A stretch of DNA of 34,718 nucleotides from Patescibacteria group bacterium (lineage in GTDB: Bacteria; Patescibacteriota; Minisyncoccia; Minisyncoccales; CG1-02-41-26), in assembly GCA_023474835.1 (NCBI GenBank), contig JAMCXQ010000034.1, positions 1 through 34,718 on the forward strand. Reading direction: 5' to 3'. Of the stretch, positions 16,711 to 26,177 are shown in pieces (positions within the stretch are counted from its first letter, which is position 1; each line of letters begins with the position of its first letter). The notes under the pieces are model-generated. The model was not told where the DNA came from and searched no databases. It worked only from the letters and a program-made list of their open reading frames with translations. Made by a program: the position numbers and the translations under genes.

Positions 16711-18414
16711 ATGTCCGAAAAAAAACTTAGCGGGCGCGCTAAAGAACAACTTGTAATATTAAACAAGGATAGTGTTGGGCGTGAAACAGAAAGGAAAAAT
16801 AAGTTTTTTGAGCAAATAAAACAGAAAGTTGATATAGCCAAATCATTGTTGGATTTTGTCGAAGAACACAGAAACGACGATATACCCACGTTAAAAAGCG
16901 CTTGCGAGAAAAAAAAGAAAGAGACGGCTGAAATTTTCGCCGATAGTTTAGAAAAAAGGCAAAAGCAGGTTTTAAAGTTAGACAAGGCCTATATTGACGC
17001 AAATGAAAAAATGAAGGATGTTGAAAGAGAAATCCATTTACCGCGAGGGCAAAGTGAAAAAAGCGAATTTAGTCAAGAAAACAAAAAGAAGCTGAAACTT
17101 TTGGAGGAAAAGTTCCGAAAAATATCAGACCGAATGTTGACTATCCAGGGAAGGGTGGAGTTTTTCCTGCACAGCCATAGGGACGCTGATTTTGTTGTGA
17201 AAGCCAATTACTTTTTGGATGGTTTAATCATGAAAAAAAAAGAAGTCATTGAACACAAAGAAACTTTTTCTGCGGATCCGGTGTTTTTTTTCCGTGATGC
17301 CCTGGGTTATGATAATTATAAAGCTATCAGGTTAAAAGATAAAATCAGGGCGGATTTTTCGGGCTTTGATGCCAATATCATTTTACCCTCAAAGGATTTT
17401 GAAGCGGTTACCGGCGAGCCGCCGGATGTCGTCGCTCAACATATCGTTCATTCAGTTTTTAATTTGATTAAGGACACAGAGAACTTGGAGGATTATATCA
17501 AACATGAGGCAAAACATAGTTTGTTTGAGCTTTTTATAGATAATAAAGTGCCAAAACCGCAGAGGTTTTTAACTAACATCCAAAAACACATAAACGAGTT
17601 TGGAAACTTGGAGGAAACGGGGGCTGAAACTTCAAGAATGGAGAAACAGAAAAAGTCAATGCAAACATCAGTTGAGAATTATATTTTTGATGTTTTTGAA
17701 GAGTTAATTGTTGAGATGGATAGTATGGAAACAGGCCAAGTCGGCAGTTTTTTTTCCTATATGTCGGAAGTTTCAAAAGGGCTCTCGAGTTTTTTGAGTT
17801 TTCCTTTGAGTCCGGAGTTAAAGGAGATACTATCTGGTTTCTGTGATGTTTTGAAAAAACAATTCGCGGCTTTATTGAGCGAACTTTCTACCGCTTTTTT
17901 TGTCGGCGGCAAGACCGGCAAACTTGATGATGTAAAAATGGCGCTTGTTGTTTTGAGCCCGGAGGAAATCATAAGAAAAAGAAAGCTAACAAAATTCACC
18001 GAATATATTGTCGGTAAGCGGCAATATGATTTGCATAGCGGCATCGAAGGGCTTGTTGGCACTGATTTGTTGTTTAACGCGCAACAGCTGGACAATTCTT
18101 TGGCAGCCAAAACAATATGGGAGAATAAGCTTTGCGGTTTTTTTGAACCGTCAAATATAAAGAAAGCAGCCAGCATTTTGCAGACAAACCAAAATAGTCT
18201 GCGTCTTGAAAATAAAGAAAGGCAGATGATGGTTATCATGTTGCACAGATTGAGCAAAGAGCGTTTGCATAAAATCATAAAAAACATAGATAATTTTCCT
18301 GATTTTCACCAGGATATTCAAATTATCGCCGAGAAACTTGATTTGGACATTTTGCTTGATTTTGTGGATAACGTTATCCGGCCGAAATTTGAGCCTGGAG
18401 TTTCAGAAAAATAA
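16711..18414 (+). CDS. Large hypothetical protein with coiled-coil N-terminus and HExxH motif
   Basis: Long uninterrupted ORF between metG and tatD; YIKHEAKHSLFE. Confidence 0.7.
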   Translation: MSEKKLSGRAKEQLVILNKDSVGRETERKNKFFEQIKQKVDIAKSLLDFVEEHRNDDIPTLKSACEKKKKETAEIFADSLEKRQKQVLKLDKAYIDANEKMKDVEREIHLPRGQSEKSEFSQENKKKLKLLEEKFRKISDRMLTIQGRVEFFLHSHRDADFVVKANYFLDGLIMKKKEVIEHKETFSADPVFFFRDALGYDNYKAIRLKDKIRADFSGFDANIILPSKDFEAVTGEPPDVVAQHIVHSVFNLIKDTENLEDYIKHEAKHSLFELFIDNKVPKPQRFLTNIQKHINEFGNLEETGAETSRMEKQKKSMQTSVENYIFDVFEELIVEMDSMETGQVGSFFSYMSEVSKGLSSFLSFPLSPELKEILSGFCDVLKKQFAALLSELSTAFFVGGKTGKLDDVKMALVVLSPEEIIRKRKLTKFTEYIVGKRQYDLHSGIEGLVGTDLLFNAQQLDNSLAAKTIWENKLCGFFEPSNIKKAASILQTNQNSLRLENKERQMMVIMLHRLSKERLHKIIKNIDNFPDFHQDIQIIAEKLDLDILLDFVDNVIRPKFEPGVSEK

Positions 18415-18422
18415 AATTAACT

Positions 18423-19235
18423 ATGCTAATTGATACCCACAGCCATTTGAATTTCAGGGCGTTTGAACAAGACCGTGGCGAGGTGATTTCGCGTTGCTTG
18501 GAGCAGGGGATTTGGATTTTGAATGCCAGTTCAAACTACGAAACGTCAAAGCTGGCAGTTGAAATTGCCGAGAGATACGAAAAGGGAGTTTATGCTTCCG
18601 TCGGCCTCCATCCTTTGAACGCCACGGTGAATTTAAGCGAACACGCCGAAGACAGAATCGAGGAAAATTTTAATGCTGGAAAATACCGCGAGTTGGCCAA
18701 GTCAAAAAAAGTCGTGGCAATAGGGGAAATCGGTTTGGACTGTTGGTATGAGCCGAAAAGCAAAACAAAAGCCGAACAATACGGAAACAAACAAAAAGAA
18801 GCGATGTTGGCTCAAATGGATTTGGCTGGTGAAATAGATTTGCCGGTTATCTTCCATTGTCGAAAAGCGCATCAAAATCTCATAGAGATTTTGAAATCCG
18901 AAGCCAGAAATCCGAAACTTAAGGGAATGGTGCATTGTTTTACCGGAAACTGGCAACAAGCGCAGGAGTATCTGGCAATGGGTTTGTATTTGGGTTTCAA
19001 CGGGATTATTTACAAAATGGATTTATCTGAAGTAATAAAAAAAACGCCGCTGGACAGGATTTTGCTGGAAACCGACTGCCCGTTTTTAAGCCCGCCTTCA
19101 GTCTCCGACCGCAACGAGCCCGCTAATGTGAGATATATCGCCCGAACAATCGCTGAAATCAGGGGCGAACCGCTGGAAAAAATAGCGGACGCGACAACTA
19201 AAAATGCCAAAAAATTGTTCAATATAGCGTTATGA
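18423..19235 (+). CDS. tatD: TatD family DNase
   Basis: LIDTHSHL, VGLHP, AIGEIGLD, FHCR, VHCFTG, LLETDCPFL and RNEP. Confidence 0.96.
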   Translation: MLIDTHSHLNFRAFEQDRGEVISRCLEQGIWILNASSNYETSKLAVEIAERYEKGVYASVGLHPLNATVNLSEHAEDRIEENFNAGKYRELAKSKKVVAIGEIGLDCWYEPKSKTKAEQYGNKQKEAMLAQMDLAGEIDLPVIFHCRKAHQNLIEILKSEARNPKLKGMVHCFTGNWQQAQEYLAMGLYLGFNGIIYKMDLSEVIKKTPLDRILLETDCPFLSPPSVSDRNEPANVRYIARTIAEIRGEPLEKIADATTKNAKKLFNIAL

Positions 19236-20302
19236 AAATCATTTTACTTATTATCGCTTTAATGGCCGTGGTTTTTGTTATCGGCTTTTTGATGTTGAGC
19301 AACAACGGCGTTTTTGTTGTCCAGCGCCAGAGTTTGCTGGCTCAGATACAAAGCGAAAAAAATGACTTGCCGTTGCCGGCAACCGATGTTGACGCGGCCA
19401 ACCCGGAAGTTTCTTTGATTTTCGTTGGCGATATAATGCTCTCGCGGGGCGTGGCGCAAAAAATCAAGGAAAAAAACAGCTATGACTACCCTTTTTTGCA
19501 GGCGGGCGATTATCTGGGAACGGGGGACATTGTTTTTGGCAATTTGGAAACAACGGTTTTTGACGGCAGAAAAATCGGGACGGGCGAAATGGTTTTCAGG
19601 GCAGATGTTCCGGCGGTCAGCGCCATAAAAAGAGCGGGTTTTACGGTTTTGTCTTTGGCAAACAACCACACAATGAACTTCGGCGGTAAGGGTTTGCAAA
19701 AAACAATGCAAAATTTAGAAAATGTCGGCTTGCAATACGCGGGAGCGGGCAATAACATTGACGAAGCATACCAGCCGGTCATTATGGAAAAAAACGGGCT
19801 GAAATTCGCTTTTTTGGCTTTTACCGATACTGATGTTATTCCAAATTCCTATGGCGCCACAGCCGGCAAACCGGGCGTGGCTTTTATGGATAAAACTTTA
19901 ATGGAAAGGGCGGTTGAACAGGCCAAAACACGGGCCGATTTCGTCATTGTTTACATACACTCGGGCAATGAATACCAAAAAAACCCCAGCCAGCGCCAAA
20001 CTGATTTTGCCCGCGCCGCCATTGACGAAGGCGCTCACTTGGTTGTCGGCTCGCACCCGCACATTGTCCAGCCAGCGGAAACATACAAAGGCAAATACAT
20101 TTTTTATTCTTTGGGAAATTTTGTTTTTGACCAGCGCTCTCAAAATACCAAAGAAGGTGTTATAATCAAAACAGTGTTTGACAGAAACGGTTTGGTTAAT
20201 ATCGAGCCGCAGGCGGTTTTAATCAGGGATTTTTCCCAGCCGGCGATTTTGCAGGGGGAAACGGCTGACAAAATCATTTTACGGCTTGGTTTGGCAAACT
20301 GA
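19232..20302 (+). CDS. CapA / PGA_cap family metallophosphoesterase-like protein
   Basis: N-terminal TM helix; VGDIML, GNLET, SLANNH, HSGNEY, GSHPH and YSLGNFVFDQ. Confidence 0.93.
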   Translation: MKIILLIIALMAVVFVIGFLMLSNNGVFVVQRQSLLAQIQSEKNDLPLPATDVDAANPEVSLIFVGDIMLSRGVAQKIKEKNSYDYPFLQAGDYLGTGDIVFGNLETTVFDGRKIGTGEMVFRADVPAVSAIKRAGFTVLSLANNHTMNFGGKGLQKTMQNLENVGLQYAGAGNNIDEAYQPVIMEKNGLKFAFLAFTDTDVIPNSYGATAGKPGVAFMDKTLMERAVEQAKTRADFVIVYIHSGNEYQKNPSQRQTDFARAAIDEGAHLVVGSHPHIVQPAETYKGKYIFYSLGNFVFDQRSQNTKEGVIIKTVFDRNGLVNIEPQAVLIRDFSQPAILQGETADKIILRLGLAN

Positions 20303-20310
20303 ATAAATCT

Positions 20311-21099
20311 ATGAACGAAAAATTTGCTCCTAAAATCACGGAAACAGAAAAAGAAAAAATAAAACAGGAATTGAAAAAAATCCTTGCGGGCGGCGAAAAA
20401 GAAAACAAGATGCCCGACGCGGTTTTTATTTTGAGCGGCGGCATAAAAGAAACTGTTGAGCCGGAAAACAAATACGATTTTTTGAACCAACGCCGTTTCC
20501 GCTCAAATTCTTATCTTGACGAAGACCCGCACGGCGCGATTACCGGAGCTGAAGCCAGGGTAGTGGCCGCGGCAGAGCTCGGCAAGTTTTTCCCTGAAAT
20601 GGTTTTTGTTGCAACGAGCCATGGCAGGCAGGATGAGCCGGCGCACGCGGCCGTGCAAAAAGCTGAACTGATACGATTGGGCATAGAGGGAAAAAGAATT
20701 TTTTCTGAGGAAAAATCGGTTAATACCATTACGGAATTTGTTGAAATGATAAAAATGGCTTTTGAAAATAACTGGCAAGATTTGGCCGTCATTACCAGCG
20801 GTTATCACGTAAAAAGATGCCAAATGCTGTGGGATAAGCTGGACGGTTTAATCGCGAACAGCAATGCCGGCGATGATTACAAAAATGAATTTCAGCGAAA
20901 TTTGGCAAAATTTCAGGAAAAAGGCGGCAATATCCGTTTTGTCGGCGCCGAGGACGTGCTGATGGCCGTAAATAATGATTACAGGGTTTTAATTGAAGAA
21001 GCGTATCAAAGCGAAGGATACAAAAAAAGAGTTGGGCTTGAAGAAAAAGGCATAAAGGACCTGGAAGAAGGAAAATACAGATTTTATATGAAAGTTTAA
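20311..21099 (+). CDS. YdcF/ElyC/SanA (DUF218) family protein
   Basis: AVFILSGG, EEKSVNT and ITSGYHVKR motifs. Confidence 0.8.
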   Translation: MNEKFAPKITETEKEKIKQELKKILAGGEKENKMPDAVFILSGGIKETVEPENKYDFLNQRRFRSNSYLDEDPHGAITGAEARVVAAAELGKFFPEMVFVATSHGRQDEPAHAAVQKAELIRLGIEGKRIFSEEKSVNTITEFVEMIKMAFENNWQDLAVITSGYHVKRCQMLWDKLDGLIANSNAGDDYKNEFQRNLAKFQEKGGNIRFVGAEDVLMAVNNDYRVLIEEAYQSEGYKKRVGLEEKGIKDLEEGKYRFYMKV

Positions 21100-21100
21100 T

Positions 21101-21598
21101 ATGGAGCTTCAAAACAAAGAACTTCACCGGATTGTCATTACCGCCATTATTATAAAAGACGGCAAGTATTTGATTACGCAAAGAAACCGCAGCAAAAAGG
21201 CCTGGCCCGGCTTGTGGACAGTGCCGGGAGGGGGTATGGAGGTTGGCGATTACATAAACACGCCCAAAACCGCCGGGGATTGCTGGTATTTTGCAGTAGA
21301 AAAAACCCTCAAACGGGAAGTAATGGAGGAGGTGGGATTGGAGATTGGCAAAGTCAGGTATCTTTTGGATTTGGCGTTTATCCGGCCCGACGGCGTGCCG
21401 GTTATAACTCTGAGTTTTTATTGCAATTGGCAAACAGGAGATGTGCGGCTTAACGAAGAAAACATTGATTATAAATGGGTTAGTTTTGAGGAAGCCAAAA
21501 AATACGAGCTTATCCCCGGCATTTTGGGCGAACTGGAAATGGTGGATAAAATCATAAAAGGTCGTAACCCCGATGAAATAGAATATCGGGCTATTTAA
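21101..21598 (+). CDS. NUDIX hydrolase
   Basis: YLITQR..KKAWPGLWTVPGG...LKREVMEEVGL Nudix box, with an insertion. Confidence 0.92.
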   Translation: MELQNKELHRIVITAIIIKDGKYLITQRNRSKKAWPGLWTVPGGGMEVGDYINTPKTAGDCWYFAVEKTLKREVMEEVGLEIGKVRYLLDLAFIRPDGVPVITLSFYCNWQTGDVRLNEENIDYKWVSFEEAKKYELIPGILGELEMVDKIIKGRNPDEIEYRAI

Positions 21599-21611
21599 TT
21601 TTGGGTTAATT

Positions 21612-22232
21612 ATGCTTAAGAAAGACACAATTTTTTTGATTATAGTTATAGTGGTTGGCTTGGGCGCTATAGCCGCTGGCGCCTGGCAATGTTTTATAGC
21701 GCCATATCTTGATGAAGTAAGGGTGGTAAAAATGAATTATGCGGAACAGACATATAAAGTGGCTGTTCTTGAAAGCGAACGAGCCGCCCTGGAACAACAA
21801 TTAGACAAATTAGAGACGCTTTTACTCAAAAATAATACCAATCCCACGTCATCTAAAGTCGCTAACAATAATAGTGATATTGTCAAACGTTCTCTGCGGG
21901 TGATTTCACCCAATGGCGGGGAAACGTTGTGCATCGGCGAAAAAATCACTATTAAAATTGACATTCGCAATGTTGAAGTAATGTCGCTCGTTTTGGTGGG
22001 TTATAATTCGTCCGGGGAAAGCTATAATTATATCGGCGATTTTTCCGGCTTAAATGAAAGCGGCAAATATGGTGAATGGGCGCTTGACTGGCAGACTGGC
22101 GATTTTGAAAACCAATACAGCGACTTAAATGATAATATTGGCTATAAGTTGAAAGTTGAAAGTGCTGACGGCGGTGTTCACATAGAGGATTTAAGCGATA
22201 AGATTTTTCATATCATTAGCTGCCAGGGTTAA
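21612..22232 (+). CDS. Membrane-anchored hypothetical protein (coiled coil plus beta-sandwich domain)
   Basis: N-terminal TM helix, short coiled coil, and the SLRVISPNGGE...DLSDKIFHI motif pair of small Ig-like domains. Confidence 0.7.
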   Translation: MLKKDTIFLIIVIVVGLGAIAAGAWQCFIAPYLDEVRVVKMNYAEQTYKVAVLESERAALEQQLDKLETLLLKNNTNPTSSKVANNNSDIVKRSLRVISPNGGETLCIGEKITIKIDIRNVEVMSLVLVGYNSSGESYNYIGDFSGLNESGKYGEWALDWQTGDFENQYSDLNDNIGYKLKVESADGGVHIEDLSDKIFHIISCQG

Positions 22233-22278
22233 TTTTGTTGAGGTGAGCTTGCCGCCAAGGTTGTATTTGAATTATTCT

Positions 22279-24069
22279 ATGGATAATCAGGTTCAGCAAA
22301 TCAAAGAGCGGATTGACATTGTGGAGTTGGTTTCCAGCTACTTAAAGCTGGAAAAAACCGGCATTAACTGGCGGGCAAAATGCCCGTTTCATCAGGAAAA
22401 AGGCCCGTCGTTTTTCGTTTCGCCAACCCGCCAAAGCTTTAAGTGCTTTGGCTGCGGGGTCGGGGGCGATGCGTTTGAGTTTGTCATGAAAATCGAAGGC
22501 ATTGAATTCGGCGACGCTTTGCGGACATTGGCGAAAAGGGCCGGCGTGGAATTGAAACAATTCCACGCGCATCCCGAACTGGCAACCAAAAGAGCGCGGC
22601 TAACGGAGATTTGCGAACTTGCCTGCCGTTTTTACGAAAAGCAGCTGGCCGCTTCCCAGGCAGGCAGGCAGGCAGGGGATTATCTACAAAAAAGGGGATT
22701 GACAGGTGAAACGATAAAAAAGTGGCGCCTGGGGTATTCGCCCGACGAATGGAGGGGCTTATCCGATTTTTTGGTGAGCCGCAACTACGCGAGAGACGAA
22801 ATAGTGGAAGCGGGTCTGGCAGTTAAATCCGAAAAATCGGATACTCCTTACGACCGGTTCAGGGGCAGAATAATGTTTCCGGTTTTTGACTTGCAGGGCC
22901 AGGTGGCCGGGTTCGGGGGCAGAATCACCGAAGAACAGAAACAACTGGCCGGCGCTGAGGCGGGCGCGAAATACCTGAACACCGCCAACACCGAGCTTTA
23001 CGACAAAAGCCGGGTTTTATACGGCCTGAATTTCGCCAAAACCGAAATCCGTAAAAAAGACGCCTGCATTTTAACCGAAGGCTACATGGACGTGATTTTG
23101 TCGCACCAGGCCGGTTTTGAAAACACGGTGGCCGCCAGCGGCACTGCCCTGAGCCCTTACCAGCTGCAGATTATCAAAAGATACACGGAAAACCTGCTGG
23201 TTGCTTTTGATATGGATTTGGCGGGCGGTTTGGCGACCCAAAGAGGCATTGATTTGGCGCAAAAACAGGGTTTTGAAATCAAAGTGATTTTAATGACCCT
23301 TGAAAAAGACCCAGCCGACATCATTCAGCAAAATCCAGGCGACTGGGAAAAAGCAGTCAGCAACGCCCAGGAAATTATGAGCTTTTATTTCTCAACAGCC
23401 CAAACAAGATATGACGCTGTAACCCCCAAGGGCAAAAAAGAAATCGCCGATTTTTTATTGCCGCAAATCAAGAAAATTTCAAACAGCATTTTGCAAAATC
23501 ACTGGGTAAGAAAACTGGCAGACATTATCGAGGTTTCCGAACAAGCGGTTTTTGAAGAATTGAAAAAAACGAATTTATCCCGGGCCGAAGGGCAAAACGA
23601 TTCAAGCCGCAGCCAGCCCGCAGCCAATCCCGTTCCCAAGGCAAAGGAAAGGAAATTCCTTTTGCAGGAAAGGGTTTTGTCGCTGGTTTTGAAAAACCCG
23701 GCGCATTTGAATTTGCTCACTGACGACCGGCTGGATTGTTTTTCCGCGGAATTCAAAAACATTTTCGCTTTTTTCAAAACCAGGCAAGTCCAAACGGCGC
23801 AGGACCTGTCGCAAATAACAAATGACCTGCAAAGCCAGGAGCAGGGTATTAGGCTTGTTTTGGAAAGCTGCCTTTTTTTGTCCGAGCTTTACGAAACCGA
23901 AGACAGCGAAGCGGAAATGCAAACCTGCCTTTCCGTTTTGGCCGGCCTGCGAAAACAAAGGGCGCTCGCTGACCTGGCTTTGGCCATTAAGCAGGCGGAG
24001 CTGTCGGGGGACGAGGCAAAATCAGCCGCTTTAATGCAGGAGTTCAACCAATTAGCAAAAATTAAATAG
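22279..24069 (+). CDS. dnaG: DNA primase
   Basis: CPFHQEK..SF...CFGC zinc finger, DRFRGRIMFP, KYLNT, EGYMDV and FDMDLAG (TOPRIM). Confidence 0.97.
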   Translation: MDNQVQQIKERIDIVELVSSYLKLEKTGINWRAKCPFHQEKGPSFFVSPTRQSFKCFGCGVGGDAFEFVMKIEGIEFGDALRTLAKRAGVELKQFHAHPELATKRARLTEICELACRFYEKQLAASQAGRQAGDYLQKRGLTGETIKKWRLGYSPDEWRGLSDFLVSRNYARDEIVEAGLAVKSEKSDTPYDRFRGRIMFPVFDLQGQVAGFGGRITEEQKQLAGAEAGAKYLNTANTELYDKSRVLYGLNFAKTEIRKKDACILTEGYMDVILSHQAGFENTVAASGTALSPYQLQIIKRYTENLLVAFDMDLAGGLATQRGIDLAQKQGFEIKVILMTLEKDPADIIQQNPGDWEKAVSNAQEIMSFYFSTAQTRYDAVTPKGKKEIADFLLPQIKKISNSILQNHWVRKLADIIEVSEQAVFEELKKTNLSRAEGQNDSSRSQPAANPVPKAKERKFLLQERVLSLVLKNPAHLNLLTDDRLDCFSAEFKNIFAFFKTRQVQTAQDLSQITNDLQSQEQGIRLVLESCLFLSELYETEDSEAEMQTCLSVLAGLRKQRALADLALAIKQAELSGDEAKSAALMQEFNQLAKIK

Positions 24070-24078
24070 AAAATAACA

Positions 24079-25260
24079 ATGAAAAGACAAAAACCAAAAC
24101 TAAAACAAAAAAAGAATTATCGCAAAAAGCCGGCAACAAAAACGGAAAAAGTCCGTTCGCGCCGGCCCGTAAAATCCGCCAAAAAACAGGGAAAAACCAA
24201 AAAGATGAATTTATTTTCCGAACAGGCCGTAAAGCCGGTCATTGACAAGGCGAGAAGCAGGGGATTTATCACCACCAACGAAATTCTAAGAGCTTTTCCG
24301 GCCCTGGAAAAGGACGTTTCAGGACTGGAGCAATTTATTGACGGTTTGCAGGCCCAGGGCGTTGACATTATTGAAAGAAGCGGTTTTTTGGAAACTCAAG
24401 CCCCAAAGAAAGACAAAAACGCCATGCAAAACAAAATCGACTCCGTGCAGATGTATCTGAAAGAAATCGGCAGTATGAGCATGATTACCGCCAAAGAAGA
24501 AAAGGAGCTGGCAAAACGCATTGAGCTTGGCGATCTTGAAGCGAAAAAAAAGCTGGCGCAGGCGAACTTGCGCCTGGTGGTTTCCATTGCCAAAAAATAC
24601 GTGGGCCGGAGCCCGAATTTGAGCCTGCTTGATTTGATTCAGGAGGGAAACCTGGGGCTTTTCCGGGCGGTTGAGAAATTCAACTGGCAAAAGGGCTATA
24701 AATTTTCAACTTACGCCACCTGGTGGATACGCCAGGCCATAACCAGGGCTTTGGCCGACCAGTCCCGCACCATCAGAATACCCGTGCATATGGTGGAAAC
24801 GCTGAGCAAATACGAAAAAGTGAAAAAGCGGCTTTTACAAACGTTGGGCAGGCCCCCTTTGGCCGAGGAGGTGGCCGCGGAAATGGGCCTGGAAGTTGAC
24901 AAAGTGCATCAGCTGCGCAAAATCAAGCAAAAATCCGTTTCTTTGGAAACGCCGGTGGGCGACGACGAAAAAGACAGCACTTTGGCGGAATTCATCCAGG
25001 ATGAAAAAACCCCTTTGCCTTCGGTTGAGGCGGCGCGCAATTTGCTGAAAGAACGGCTTGATGAAGTATCAATTGAATTAACCCCCCGGGAAAGAAAAAT
25101 TTTGGCAATGAGATTCGGCCTGGAAGACGATGTTACGCGCACTTTGGAAGAGGTAGGGGAGGAGTTTGGCGTCACGCGAGAGCGCATCCGGCAAATCCAG
25201 GCAAAGGCTCTTGAAAAAATCCGCCGTTTGCAGGGCGTGAAAAAGCTAAGGGATTATTAA
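24079..25260 (+). CDS. rpoD: Primary RNA polymerase sigma70 factor
   Basis: [46 protein letters not shown] and [16 protein letters not shown]; follows dnaG. Confidence 0.96.
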   Translation: MKRQKPKLKQKKNYRKKPATKTEKVRSRRPVKSAKKQGKTKKMNLFSEQAVKPVIDKARSRGFITTNEILRAFPALEKDVSGLEQFIDGLQAQGVDIIERSGFLETQAPKKDKNAMQNKIDSVQMYLKEIGSMSMITAKEEKELAKRIELGDLEAKKKLAQANLRLVVSIAKKYVGRSPNLSLLDLIQEGNLGLFRAVEKFNWQKGYKFSTYATWWIRQAITRALADQSRTIRIPVHMVETLSKYEKVKKRLLQTLGRPPLAEEVAAEMGLEVDKVHQLRKIKQKSVSLETPVGDDEKDSTLAEFIQDEKTPLPSVEAARNLLKERLDEVSIELTPRERKILAMRFGLEDDVTRTLEEVGEEFGVTRERIRQIQAKALEKIRRLQGVKKLRDY

Positions 25261-25263
25261 AAT

Positions 25264-26160
25264 ATGACGAATTTGGAAAAACCCGGCGGCAATAAAGAAA
25301 CGGAATTTGATTTGTCAGGTACGTTTGACCGGAATGTGTTTGACTTTTTGCCCAAACATATACAAAATGATTTGCGGTTTATTCTTGAAAGATCGCTGGC
25401 CGTTGATAAGGCCACAATAAAAGAACGGTTAATCGAATTTATAAATGGCTATGAGGGCTTTTGCGATTTACAGAAATCCTTGTCTTCCCCGCAGAATAAA
25501 ATTGAGGCCAATATAATTCTGGAGCCGGAAAATCCTATCGTGCGAGAACATCGCTTGCACGTTTCTGCTGTTTTGCTTAAACAAGTTTCGGGCGAGGCGC
25601 CCCAGTATGCTGGTTATATAAGTTTATTTTTCCATTGCGACGGCAAGAAAAACGAGATTTATATTTTAAGCCGTGAGTTGAAAGAGCAAGGAATGGGTTT
25701 TGGTTTGGATTTAGAATGTCAAATTGAAGATTTCTGCCGTAGGGCAGGCATTTGGAATATTAGAAACAGGCCTACTACTGCGCCGTACGGATATGTGGGC
25801 GGTTATGTTTGGGCGAAATATGGCTACGAGTTTGACGATTCTTCGGATGTTGCGAATGTAAGGGATGATATAAAGCGTTTTGCAAAAGAACAAAACATTA
25901 TCATCAAAGAAAGCGACTTAAATAGATGTAAAAGGCCCATAGATTTTGCTTCATTGAAAGGTAAAAACGAAAATGGCGATGAGCTGCCAGCGGGCAAACT
26001 GTCCCTTCTTGAGCATTCCCAATGGCACGGCCGGCGTGATTTGCAGTTTGACAGTCAGGGTACCAAGGACTTTGTGGCTTATTTGAAACAGCGCGGCCGC
26101 CGCGACCTGATAGAGAAATTTTACCCGATGTTTCTTGAAAAAATAAGCAAAAGAGCTTAA
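25264..26160 (+). CDS. Hypothetical protein with GNAT-like domain (paralogue 1)
   Basis: QGMGFG acetyl-CoA-loop-like motif and VGGYVWAKYGYEFD. Confidence 0.65.
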   Translation: MTNLEKPGGNKETEFDLSGTFDRNVFDFLPKHIQNDLRFILERSLAVDKATIKERLIEFINGYEGFCDLQKSLSSPQNKIEANIILEPENPIVREHRLHVSAVLLKQVSGEAPQYAGYISLFFHCDGKKNEIYILSRELKEQGMGFGLDLECQIEDFCRRAGIWNIRNRPTTAPYGYVGGYVWAKYGYEFDDSSDVANVRDDIKRFAKEQNIIIKESDLNRCKRPIDFASLKGKNENGDELPAGKLSLLEHSQWHGRRDLQFDSQGTKDFVAYLKQRGRRDLIEKFYPMFLEKISKRA

Positions 26161-26177
26161 AACTGCGAACTTTTAAT

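Noticed and set aside
20792-21628. 278-aa minus-strand ORF and other antisense ORFs in the track
   Set aside because: They lie opposite well-supported genes (YdcF, NUDIX and others) and show no motifs.
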